This document shows positions 51,195 to 59,429 of a DNA stretch of 64,000 nucleotides, piece by piece (the stretch's first letter is position 1; each line of letters begins with the position of its first letter). Under the pieces are notes generated by a model. It was not told the DNA's origin, made no database searches, and saw only the letters and a list, made by a program, of their open reading frames with translations. Both the position numbers and the translations under genes were made by a program. The stretch is from an uncultured Candidatus Saccharibacteria bacterium (lineage in GTDB: Bacteria > Patescibacteriota > Minisyncoccia > Phycocordibacterales > GWA1-40-21), in the NCBI GenBank assembly GCA_964562105.1, contig CAZLRP010000001.1, positions 2,949 through 66,948 on the forward strand, given 5' to 3'.

Positions 51195-51348
51195 TGTCGT
51201 TCCCGCGCAGGCGGGAATCTAGGTTGAGTTCAATTAATTCTGGATTCCCTTCTTACAGAAGCTGTACACCTTTCACATTTTGATTACAAAACGTTCAAGG
51301 TCTTGCGGAAGCAAAAACTTTTGCTTCCTCACCTCCGCGGGAATGACA
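51195..51348. repeat. dRS3/REP-like doublet interrupted by an 81-bp insert
   Basis: Right palindrome split between ggattccc (51249) and acctccgcgggaatgac (51331). Confidence 0.75.
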
Positions 51349-51362
51349 GACTCACTGCCCTT

Positions 51363-52106
51363 CTACAATTCCAAAATAAATTTCTCTAACGCTACAAAAA
51401 AATCTATATTTCCTCTGTGAGCTTCATGATACATTGAAACAAGCTTAGAAGAAAAATTTTCCAATTCTTTATCTTTATAATTTTTTGAATACTCGTGAGC
51501 TTTTTGAAATGGAAACGATTTCATATTCGCTTCTTCGGCAGTTTTGCATAATTTACCAAGCAACATACTTTTTACTTGCCAGAAAAATATTCCGTGTACC
51601 TCCTCCGCAGGCACTTGTTCAGCAAGTGCATCTTGATATAGCACCCACAATCCCCTTTTATCGCGCCTGCCTAGAGCATCGGCAAACTCAAAAAAATCTA
51701 TTTTCTCGCCAATCAAAGCAAGTTTTTCTTTTTTATTCAGGGCCTTTTCCGGTTTTACAAACTCCTGCATTTTTTCAGCATTTTTTTCTATCTTTGCAAG
51801 GCTTATTTTATCCATCTTACCTTCCGCAAAGATAAAAATATTGTCCGAACCTGCAAATTCTTTAAGATTTTTTAAAATTAATTCTTTATTATCTTTATTA
51901 TCAAAAGTTTTGTATAAAAATATAATATATTTGCTGGAAAAAAGCGCCTGGCTTCCGGCAAGTTCCATTATCTTCCCAGCCGACAAATCTTCATCTCCTA
52001 TTTTTATCAAAGTTGCATCGGGTTTTTTTGAAAGCAAAGAATCAACGGTTATTTTTGCTTTTTTTCTTGAAGATTCAGTATCCGTACCATAGTAAAAGTA
52101 AATCAT
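51363..52106 (-). CDS. holA: DNA polymerase III delta subunit-like protein
   Basis: MIYFYYGTD, QALFSSKY, FEFADAL, LEKFIL pattern. Confidence 0.75.
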   Translation of the reverse strand: MIYFYYGTDTESSRKKAKITVDSLLSKKPDATLIKIGDEDLSAGKIMELAGSQALFSSKYIIFLYKTFDNKDNKELILKNLKEFAGSDNIFIFAEGKMDKISLAKIEKNAEKMQEFVKPEKALNKKEKLALIGEKIDFFEFADALGRRDKRGLWVLYQDALAEQVPAEEVHGIFFWQVKSMLLGKLCKTAEEANMKSFPFQKAHEYSKNYKDKELENFSSKLVSMYHEAHRGNIDFFVALEKFILEL

Positions 52107-52259
52107 AATAAACAGTTTAGCGTAAAGTCGAGTAGGAAGCAAAAACCTAGTAATTTAATTATTATGAATTTAAAATAAAAAAGTGGCGCAGGTTTGGGGA
52201 AACTGCGCCACTCTTGGACTTTGTCTGAGAAGACGATAGACAAACAAAGCCCGGGGAAC

Positions 52260-52838
52260 TTACGAAACATGAACAAACCCACAATTAGGAAGCCATTCTT
52301 TGGGAGGTTTGTTTAATTTCAATGCATTCACCCAACGAGTGCCTTGAATGTACGAGAAACCTGACTCTTCATGCATAGATACAATCCTCGAAAATCCCAT
52401 TTTTTCTGTTCCATCTTCCTTGAGAATTTTCCAGATATGGCATGTTGTTTCTAGATTTGAAATGCCAAAATCACTTTTGTCATCCAAGACTTCAGCGATT
52501 TTAGCATTGTAAAACCTTCCTTTCGGACCAGGTTTATAATCACGAGACAACAGTGCTTGTCTTGCAAGGGGTCCTATTAGAATATCGTTGAGATCAAAGT
52601 ATGTAACCCATGCTTCGCCCGACCAACCATTTAATTTATCTGCGACATGAACTATACCACTTTCTCTATGCCACTTGCTCTCATGAACAAGCCCGGGAAA
52701 CTTTCCTTGAAGCGCAAGCTTGAGAAACTTTTCCAAAATATTCGGATCATAAGGGTAATCACGGTGCACGACTTGATCTCTGAGCTCCATTATGTATGCC
52801 TCGAGCTCTCTTTTTTGGATATCTGGAATATTGCTCAT
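52260..52838 (-). CDS. Hypothetical protein, paralog of 18355..18894
   Basis: Shared motif block; AAAGGAG SD before MSNIP. Confidence 0.65.
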   Translation of the reverse strand: MSNIPDIQKRELEAYIMELRDQVVHRDYPYDPNILEKFLKLALQGKFPGLVHESKWHRESGIVHVADKLNGWSGEAWVTYFDLNDILIGPLARQALLSRDYKPGPKGRFYNAKIAEVLDDKSDFGISNLETTCHIWKILKEDGTEKMGFSRIVSMHEESGFSYIQGTRWVNALKLNKPPKEWLPNCGFVHVS

Positions 52839-52974
52839 AATAATACTCCTTTCGTAAGTTTTTATTAAAGAAATTCTGTATTCATTGTACACCCGTAACA
52901 TCTGCGTGCAAGAATAGACAAAACCCTCGAAAAGCTACGAAATAGATAGATTTTTTAGATTTTTATGATCAAAT

Positions 52975-53775
52975 TTATTTAAACAATATCAAAGCACTCG
53001 CGACAATAGATGCTGTTTCAGCGCGAAGTATTTGCGGACCAAAAGAAACGCTTTTTATTCCCTTCTGCTTAAACAACCCTCTTTCCTTTTCTGTCCAACC
53101 ACCTTCGGGCCCGATAAGTATTCCTATTTTTCTTGCCCCGTCAAATTGGCTTTTTATTTGACTGGGGTTATCTGAATTACCACACTTCGCTCGCAAAGAC
53201 GAACTAAAATTTTCTCCATCAAAATCAAGAACAAATAATTCTCCATCGAAACCTAAAATAGCTTTTTCTAACAATTCTGGATTAAAAATCTTCGGTAATG
53301 CGGTTTTTCCTGATTGTTCTGCTGATTCTTTTGCAATTTTGTTCAATCTTTCTAGATTTAAATTTTTTTTCTCGCTTCTTTCAGAAATTATTGGATGAAA
53401 AGCAGAAACCCCAATTTCTGTGCATTTTTCCACGACAAATTCAAAATTATCTTTTTTTATAATTGATTGGAAAATGTGCAACTCCACAGACGCGGAACTA
53501 CGCGGATTTGACGCAGACTGATGCGGATTTTTAATTTCTTTATCGACAATTAAAATCGCTTCTTGTTTTGAAAGGATTTTAAAATATGCTTCGTATTCGG
53601 AATTTCCACCATTAAAAATTATTATGCGGCTTACCCCGTCAAATTGGCTTTTTATTTGACTGGGGTCGCTAGCTTTCAGTCTGAAAACTTTTATCCACTG
53701 ATGTAAAAGCTCCTTATCGTCAACGTGAACTTCTTTTTTTATTTCTTTGTTTATATAAAATCTGTGCAGTCTCAT
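52975..53775 (-). CDS. rsmE: 16S rRNA m3U1498 methyltransferase with repeat-derived insertions
   Basis: VEKCTEIGV, ESAEQS, IGPEGG, ILRAETA motifs. Confidence 0.94.
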   Translation of the reverse strand: MRLHRFYINKEIKKEVHVDDKELLHQWIKVFRLKASDPSQIKSQFDGVSRIIIFNGGNSEYEAYFKILSKQEAILIVDKEIKNPHQSASNPRSSASVELHIFQSIIKKDNFEFVVEKCTEIGVSAFHPIISERSEKKNLNLERLNKIAKESAEQSGKTALPKIFNPELLEKAILGFDGELFVLDFDGENFSSSLRAKCGNSDNPSQIKSQFDGARKIGILIGPEGGWTEKERGLFKQKGIKSVSFGPQILRAETASIVASALILFK

Positions 53776-53831
53776 AATTAATGTGATATTTAGTATACAG
53801 TTATAGCATAAGAAAATCAAAAACAAAAAAT

Positions 53832-53905
53832 TGTCATTCCCGCGGAGGCGGGAATCCAGTATTAATTCAATTCAACACTAGATTCCCGCCTCCGCGGGAA
53901 TGACA
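53832..53905. repeat. Gene-less dRS3/REP-like doublet
   Basis: tgtcattcccgcggaggcgggaatcca...tagattcccgcctccgcgggaatgaca. Confidence 0.88.
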
Positions 53906-54008
53906 CGATAAGATGGTTGCTTTCAATTAATTTTTGATATATCCTTGAATTGTCTTTAATAATTTAATTGGTTATTAATCTAAAATCTAGAAACTATAAC
54001 CTAATCCA

Positions 54009-54581
54009 ATGAACTTAATACCAACAGTCATAGAAAAATCACAATTTGGCGAACGCGCTTTTGATATTTATTCAAGACTTCTCAAAGAAGGAATAATTTT
54101 CCTAGGTGGTCCAATAGATGATGATTCCGCAAATATAGTTATTGCCCAACTTCTTTTTTTGCAATCAGAAGATTCAAAAAAAGATGTAAAGCTTTATATA
54201 AATTCTCCTGGAGGATCTGTTACGGCCGCACTTGCAATACTTGATACAATGAACCATATAAAAAATGATGTTTCCACTGTATGCGTTGGCGTAGCGGCCT
54301 CGGCTGCGGCTCTACTTCTTTCTGCCGGGGAAAAAGGAAAAAGGCTTTCTTTGCCAAATTCGGAAATAATGATTCATCAGCCAATGGGAGGCGCACAAGG
54401 CCAAGCTTCGGACATTGAAATCAATGCGAAACAGATTTTGAAAATTAAAGCGAAATTGAATAAAATAATGGCAGATAATACGGGAAAAACTGTCGCCCAG
54501 ATAGAAAAAGACGCCGATAGAGATTATTATATGTCAGCAGAAGAGGCAAAAAAGTATGGGATTATTGATAAGATAATATAA
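54009..54581 (+). CDS. clpP: ATP-dependent Clp protease proteolytic subunit
   Basis: [22 protein letters not shown] motifs. Confidence 0.98.
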   Translation: MNLIPTVIEKSQFGERAFDIYSRLLKEGIIFLGGPIDDDSANIVIAQLLFLQSEDSKKDVKLYINSPGGSVTAALAILDTMNHIKNDVSTVCVGVAASAAALLLSAGEKGKRLSLPNSEIMIHQPMGGAQGQASDIEINAKQILKIKAKLNKIMADNTGKTVAQIEKDADRDYYMSAEEAKKYGIIDKII

Positions 54582-54748
54582 AAAGAACTGGAAAAAGCAC
54601 GGGTTTGCTTCGCAAACCCGTGCTTTTTCGTTGTTTTCCTAAATTTTAGAAAGAAAATGAAGATGGACAATATCATAAAAATATTATACTATTGAGTAGT
54701 TAATAATTTAATTTCGAAAGATTCCGTTTTTTGTCAGATTTTTAAAAG

Positions 54749-54928
54749 GAGTCTGTGAAGAATCTAATGTCTGACTAAAACGTTTAAATTTTGAGTGAAA
54801 ATAATGAAGTCCAACGAAATATATCGAGATATGTTGAGGAGGAATAAGTTATTTGCAACCAAAATTTAAGCGTTTTGGTAGACAAGCTATATTTATTTTT
54901 ATTTAGCGATTAGATTCTGAATAGACTC
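54749..54928 (+). ncRNA. Candidate rod-shaped structured RNA upstream of rny (possibly 6S-like)
   Basis: Nested long-range complementary segments over about 180 nt in an ORF-free gap. Confidence 0.45.
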
Positions 54929-55046
54929 TGCAAGCAGTATGTTTTTATTTCAATCGAAAAAAGTCCTAATCATAAAATTGATTGGGCAACAAACTACATA
55001 AGGCTAGGAAGAAGTCTAAAAAAGACGAAGTCTTTTTTATAATAGT

Positions 55047-56576
55047 ATGTCATTAAAAATAGTCGCTCTTATCGCAAGTTTCGTTGGTCTTGTTGGCATT
55101 GCGATAGGATATTTCTTGCGTATCATCATATCACTTGGGAAAAAAGGTTCTGTGGAACTTGAAGTCAGGCAGATGATGCTAAGCGCGGAAGAAAAAGCGA
55201 AAAAAGTCATTATTGATGCAGAAACAAAATCTGTTGAAATAATGAGCGAAGCCAAAAAAGACGTAAGAGAAAAAGAGGAAAAATTTAAAATCACAGAAGA
55301 TCGTTTGATCAAAAAAGACAGTCTTCTTGATCAAAGGCAGATAGATTTAGACAAGGAAACAGAAAATCTCAAAGCAAAACTGGTTGAGATTAAGGATATG
55401 AAAGAAAAAGTGGAAAAAATAGAGGCGCAAAAAAACGTTGAGCTTTTGTCTATTGCAAAAATGTCAGAAGAAGAGGCAAAAAACAATCTTTTCTCGTCTA
55501 TAGAAAAAAAATATTCGGAAGATATTTTAGGAAGAATGAAAAAATTGGAAGAATCTGGAGAGGAACAATTGGAACATAGAGCAAAAGAAATTCTTGCAAC
55601 TTCAATACAGAGATTATCCACTTCGGTTGCTCCAGATATTATGTCCACGATTTTGAGTATCCCCTCAGACGAGATGAAAGGAAAAATTATCGGCAAGGAG
55701 GGAAAAAATATCAAAGCTTTTGAAAGAGTTACTGGTGTTGAGGTTATCGTAGACGATACTCCGGGTATCATTACAATATCCTCGTTTGATCCTATCAGAA
55801 GACAAGTTGCCCGAGTCGCTCTTGAGAATTTACTTCTTGATGGAAGAATCCAGCCGGCAAAAATTGAAAAAATTGTAGAAAAAGCTCAGCAAGATATAAA
55901 TAAAATCATTAAAGAAAAAGGAGAGCAAGCCGCTTATGAATGCGGGGTCATAAATCTAGATTCTAGGGTTATCGCCATTTTAGGAAGATTACATTTTAGA
56001 ACAAGTTATGGACAAAACGTTCTTCAACATTCAATAGAAATGTCTTTGCTTGCCGGAATGATTGCCGAAGAGCTTGGTGCAAATGTACAAGTAGCAAAAA
56101 CTGCGGCTTTGGTACACGATATTGGTAAAGCGCTTGACCACGAGGTTTCAGGAACTCACGTAGAAATCGGTAAAAGAATTCTTCAAAAATTTGGAGTTAG
56201 TGAAAATGTCGTAAAAGCTATGCAATCTCATCATGAAGAGTATCCTTACGAAAGCCTTGAAGCTGTAATAGTTCAAGTGGCTGATACGATTTCGGGTGGA
56301 AGACCTGGCGCTAGAAGCGATAGCATAGAAAATTATTTAAAGAGATTGCAAGAGCTTGAAGCTACAGCAAATTCGTTCAAGGGCGTAGAAAAATCTTACG
56401 CTTTGCAAGCAGGACGAGAAATAAGGGTTTTTGTAACACCGGAACAGATTTCGGATATTGAAGCAAAGGAATTGGCAAGAGATATAGCTGATAAAATTGA
56501 GCAAGATCTAAAATATCCGGGAGAAATAAAAGTTACTCTGATTAGAGAGTCAAGAATCATAGAATATGCCCGGTAG
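55047..56576 (+). CDS. rny: Ribonuclease Y
   Basis: TM, coiled coil, KH domain (KGKIIGKEG) and HD domain (HDIGK). Confidence 0.97.
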   Translation: MSLKIVALIASFVGLVGIAIGYFLRIIISLGKKGSVELEVRQMMLSAEEKAKKVIIDAETKSVEIMSEAKKDVREKEEKFKITEDRLIKKDSLLDQRQIDLDKETENLKAKLVEIKDMKEKVEKIEAQKNVELLSIAKMSEEEAKNNLFSSIEKKYSEDILGRMKKLEESGEEQLEHRAKEILATSIQRLSTSVAPDIMSTILSIPSDEMKGKIIGKEGKNIKAFERVTGVEVIVDDTPGIITISSFDPIRRQVARVALENLLLDGRIQPAKIEKIVEKAQQDINKIIKEKGEQAAYECGVINLDSRVIAILGRLHFRTSYGQNVLQHSIEMSLLAGMIAEELGANVQVAKTAALVHDIGKALDHEVSGTHVEIGKRILQKFGVSENVVKAMQSHHEEYPYESLEAVIVQVADTISGGRPGARSDSIENYLKRLQELEATANSFKGVEKSYALQAGREIRVFVTPEQISDIEAKELARDIADKIEQDLKYPGEIKVTLIRESRIIEYAR

Positions 56577-56885
56577 TGAATTTTCAACTCAATTATGTTT
56601 TATGTCTATATTTTACAAAGTAAGGTTAAATTTGACCAATTATATATAGGTTTTACTACAGATCTCAAAAATAGACTAATAAAACATAATCAGAAGTTAA
56701 ATTTTTCTACTAAGACATATGCGCCATACGAGCTTATATATTATGAAGCCTGCAAAGAAGAGTCTGATGCAAGGCGAAGAGAAAATTATCTAAAGACATC
56801 TCAAGGTAGAAGATTGATTAAAAGGCGTATAAAAGACTGGCTGTATATAAGGAAAAATTTAACAAGTTGAAAATCTACTACCGGG
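56569..56885 (+). mobile_element. 317-bp TIR element with TATG target duplication, carrying a GIY-YIG gene
   Basis: 21-bp TIRs (19/21 match) flanked by TATG at 56565-56568 and 56886-56889. Confidence 0.85.
56595..56870 (+). CDS. Small GIY-YIG nuclease
   Basis: FYVYILQS...LYIGFTTDLKNRLIKHN...ARRRENYLK. Confidence 0.93.
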   Translation: MFYVYILQSKVKFDQLYIGFTTDLKNRLIKHNQKLNFSTKTYAPYELIYYEACKEESDARRRENYLKTSQGRRLIKRRIKDWLYIRKNLTS

Positions 56886-57140
56886 TATGCGAGATAATTA
56901 TTGAAAAAACATAAAATAATAAATAAAATAAGGGTTTTCGCTTCGCGAAAACCCTTATTTTATTTATTATTACACACCACATTCTAAATAGCGTCTACTG
57001 ATTCCCTCTATTGCGCTTTAATAGCAAGGTATTATAATACTGAACAGGTCACCAAATCTTTTATGTGTAGGGAAAGCACAGAAAAGTTTTAAAAGCTTCG
57101 CGTGTCCGGACCTGATATGCGAAATAATTTGCAAATTATT

Positions 57141-57413
57141 ATGAATAAAATGGGTATTGTTGAAGCCGTACAAGGAGTTCTTGGAGGAACAAAAGTACAA
57201 GCTGAACAAGTCGTGGATATGGTTTTTGATACGGTAGTAAAAAGTTTGAAGAAAGGAGATGAAGTATCAATCGCAGGAATTGGTATATTCTCAGTCAAAC
57301 AAAGAGCCGCGAGACAAGCTAGAAATCCAAGAACTGGAGAATCTATCTCGGTCGCAGCTATGAAGGTTCCAAAATTCAGAGCAGCTAAGGCTTTGAAGGA
57401 AGCAGTAAAATAG
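57141..57413 (+). CDS. hup: DNA-binding protein HU
   Basis: GIGIFSV...RQARNPRTGE...VPKFRAAKALK. Confidence 0.95.
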   Translation: MNKMGIVEAVQGVLGGTKVQAEQVVDMVFDTVVKSLKKGDEVSIAGIGIFSVKQRAARQARNPRTGESISVAAMKVPKFRAAKALKEAVK

Positions 57414-57523
57414 CTTCAGTATTCTACGTAGAATAACAAAAAAATCGCCGAGAGGCGATTTTTTGTTTATAAAAAAAGGACTCTATTTAACCGCAACTTT
57501 CGTTGAGGTTAATAGAAATCCTT

Positions 57524-57736
57524 TTATTTTGAAGTGACACAGAAAGTGTCATTAAATTCATAAAACATAATTGAATGATCTTCTTCTCGTTCTTTGCAAG
57601 CTTCGCTTCCCATCTTTACAAGAACAAGACCATCAGAATCAGGTATTTCCATAAAATCCTTATCTCCCATCTGATTTATTACTTCTGCGATATTGGCAAT
57701 TATTTCCGAACTTAAGGTTGTTTTCATATTTTCCAT
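57524..57736 (-). CDS. Small hypothetical protein
   Basis: 70-aa acidic ORF. Confidence 0.5.
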   Translation of the reverse strand: MENMKTTLSSEIIANIAEVINQMGDKDFMEIPDSDGLVLVKMGSEACKEREEDHSIMFYEFNDTFCVTSK

Positions 57737-57781
57737 CCTTTTTATTTTATTTTTTCTGCGTTGATAATAACAAATTATTAA

Positions 57782-58471
57782 CTATTTGTCAAATTCATCA
57801 CGATAATTTCTAATTAAATTGCACACCTCTGTGAGTTTATTTTCGTCGCTTGTATAAATTTTAGTATCTATAGCCAATACCTGCTTATATGGATCTTCAT
57901 CGCCGAAAGATTTAGTTGATGCACCGAAATCTATCACATATAGATCTCCCGTTTCATTGTCTATCATGATATTTCCACCATGCAAATCCCTGTGATAGAT
58001 ATTTTTTTCATGCATTTTCTCCAAAAAAGCAGATATCTTTTTTCTAAAATCCTTGAGATCAAATTCTAAAGGTAATTTTCCTGTTCCCTCCAAAACATCT
58101 TTAATACTGACCGCATTTAATCTTTCCATCAATAAAAACTTAATTGCAGTATCGTCTTCATTTCCGCTATAATCAGCAGTAAGATAAGGCTTTGGGACTC
58201 TTACTTCCTCATCTAAATCCTGCAATTCTGACATAAAACCCATCTCTTTTTCCAAAGGAATATAAAAAGGCAAATCATCAGCAGATTTCAATATTTTTAA
58301 ACAAACTTCTTCATTTGAATCTAAAAAATGAACTTCGGCCGTCATTCCTTCGCCAAGCTTGTTTTTTTCTTCTTCAAGAAGTTTTTCTATGACTTTTTTA
58401 TTTCTCTCGTAGAAAATTTTTATTTTTTCATTTTTTTCAAAATCTGGAGTGATTTTTTCATTCTTGAACAT
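57782..58471 (-). CDS. Protein kinase-like domain protein
   Basis: LGEGMTAEV, CLK, HRDLHGGNIM and IDFG motifs. Confidence 0.85.
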   Translation of the reverse strand: MFKNEKITPDFEKNEKIKIFYERNKKVIEKLLEEEKNKLGEGMTAEVHFLDSNEEVCLKILKSADDLPFYIPLEKEMGFMSELQDLDEEVRVPKPYLTADYSGNEDDTAIKFLLMERLNAVSIKDVLEGTGKLPLEFDLKDFRKKISAFLEKMHEKNIYHRDLHGGNIMIDNETGDLYVIDFGASTKSFGDEDPYKQVLAIDTKIYTSDENKLTEVCNLIRNYRDEFDK

Positions 58472-58615
58472 ATTTGGATGATATCATAAAATTCGTAAAA
58501 ATTCATTTGAGTAAATACTTTCAATTAACACTTTCCATCGCAGGGGCAGAAATTTTCTTGCTACGCCCGCACAAATTTAAAAAACTCAAGATTTCTCTTG
58601 AGCTTTTTAAATTTG

Positions 58616-58686
58616 TGCGGGCAGGGTGAATCGGACACCCGACCGAAGTTTGGAAAACTTCTGTTTTACCACTAAACTATGCCCGC
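58616..58686 (-). tRNA. tRNA-Gly(TCC)
   Basis: Cloverleaf; anticodon loop TTTCCAA; atypical T-loop TCCGATT. Confidence 0.88.
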
Positions 58687-58814
58687 CCGGTAGTAGATTT
58701 TGACATCAAAAAATATTTTTAATCAAAATATACCTACTAAGTTCGTTGCTTTAAGGGTCAAATAGTTTTATATGTGAGACTAGCCAAAAGCTAATGTCAA
58801 AATTCACTACCGGG
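58686..58814. mobile_element. MITE-like derivative of the GIY-YIG TIR element at the tRNA-Gly 5' end
   Basis: Ends cccggtagtagattttgacat / atgtcaaaattcactaccggg; CCCG duplicated at 58682-58685 and 58815-58818. Confidence 0.85.
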
Positions 58815-58870
58815 CCCGCATTAGAAAAGAACGCTGTAATACTAGCAAAAATATCAAATAGAGGCAATTT

Positions 58871-59009
58871 ATCCGCACACTAACATTGTCATTATTGCCT
58901 GTGTTTTTTAGATATAATTAATTAAGCAACTTGTATTCTGAAAAAATCAGATTTGTTAATATAATTTTGACAAGCAATAAAAACACAATGACAATGTTAG
59001 TGTGCGGAT
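58871..59009. repeat. MITE-like element with 23-bp perfect inverted ends
   Basis: atccgcacactaacattgtcatt / aatgacaatgttagtgtgcggat. Confidence 0.75.
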
Positions 59010-59324
59010 TTATTTCGTGCTTTTTTTGACTATAGCTATAATTGCATCAAAATTATCATTTTTTTCTACACCTTTTCTTTTTTTCGCACCGCATTTAATA
59101 CATTTATGATTTATGAAATATTTCCCTTTTTCAAAGTCAATTTTTATCGGCTCCATCATTCCTTGGCAACTCTCTGCTCTGTCTCCCGGATTTATATCTA
59201 CGTGCTTGCTCCAAAGACAGCTTGAGCAGTGATTTGTAAAACCATTGCCGATATTTTTCGTTCCGCATTTTTCACAAATAAAATTCTCAACTTTTTTTTG
59301 GAATTTTCTAGCTTGATTTGTCAT
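59010..59324 (-). CDS. RNHCP-domain protein
   Basis: FICEKCG...TNHCSSCLWSKHVD..PGDRA..CQG.MEP. Confidence 0.88.
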   Translation of the reverse strand: MTNQARKFQKKVENFICEKCGTKNIGNGFTNHCSSCLWSKHVDINPGDRAESCQGMMEPIKIDFEKGKYFINHKCIKCGAKKRKGVEKNDNFDAIIAIVKKSTK

Positions 59325-59429
59325 TTTTTTGTATTGTCATTGCGAGCGGAGTGAAGCAACCCAGGTTAAATTGTATTTATTCGTAGCCATTCGTATCATT
59401 CGCATAATTCGTTGATTCGTATGTTTATC

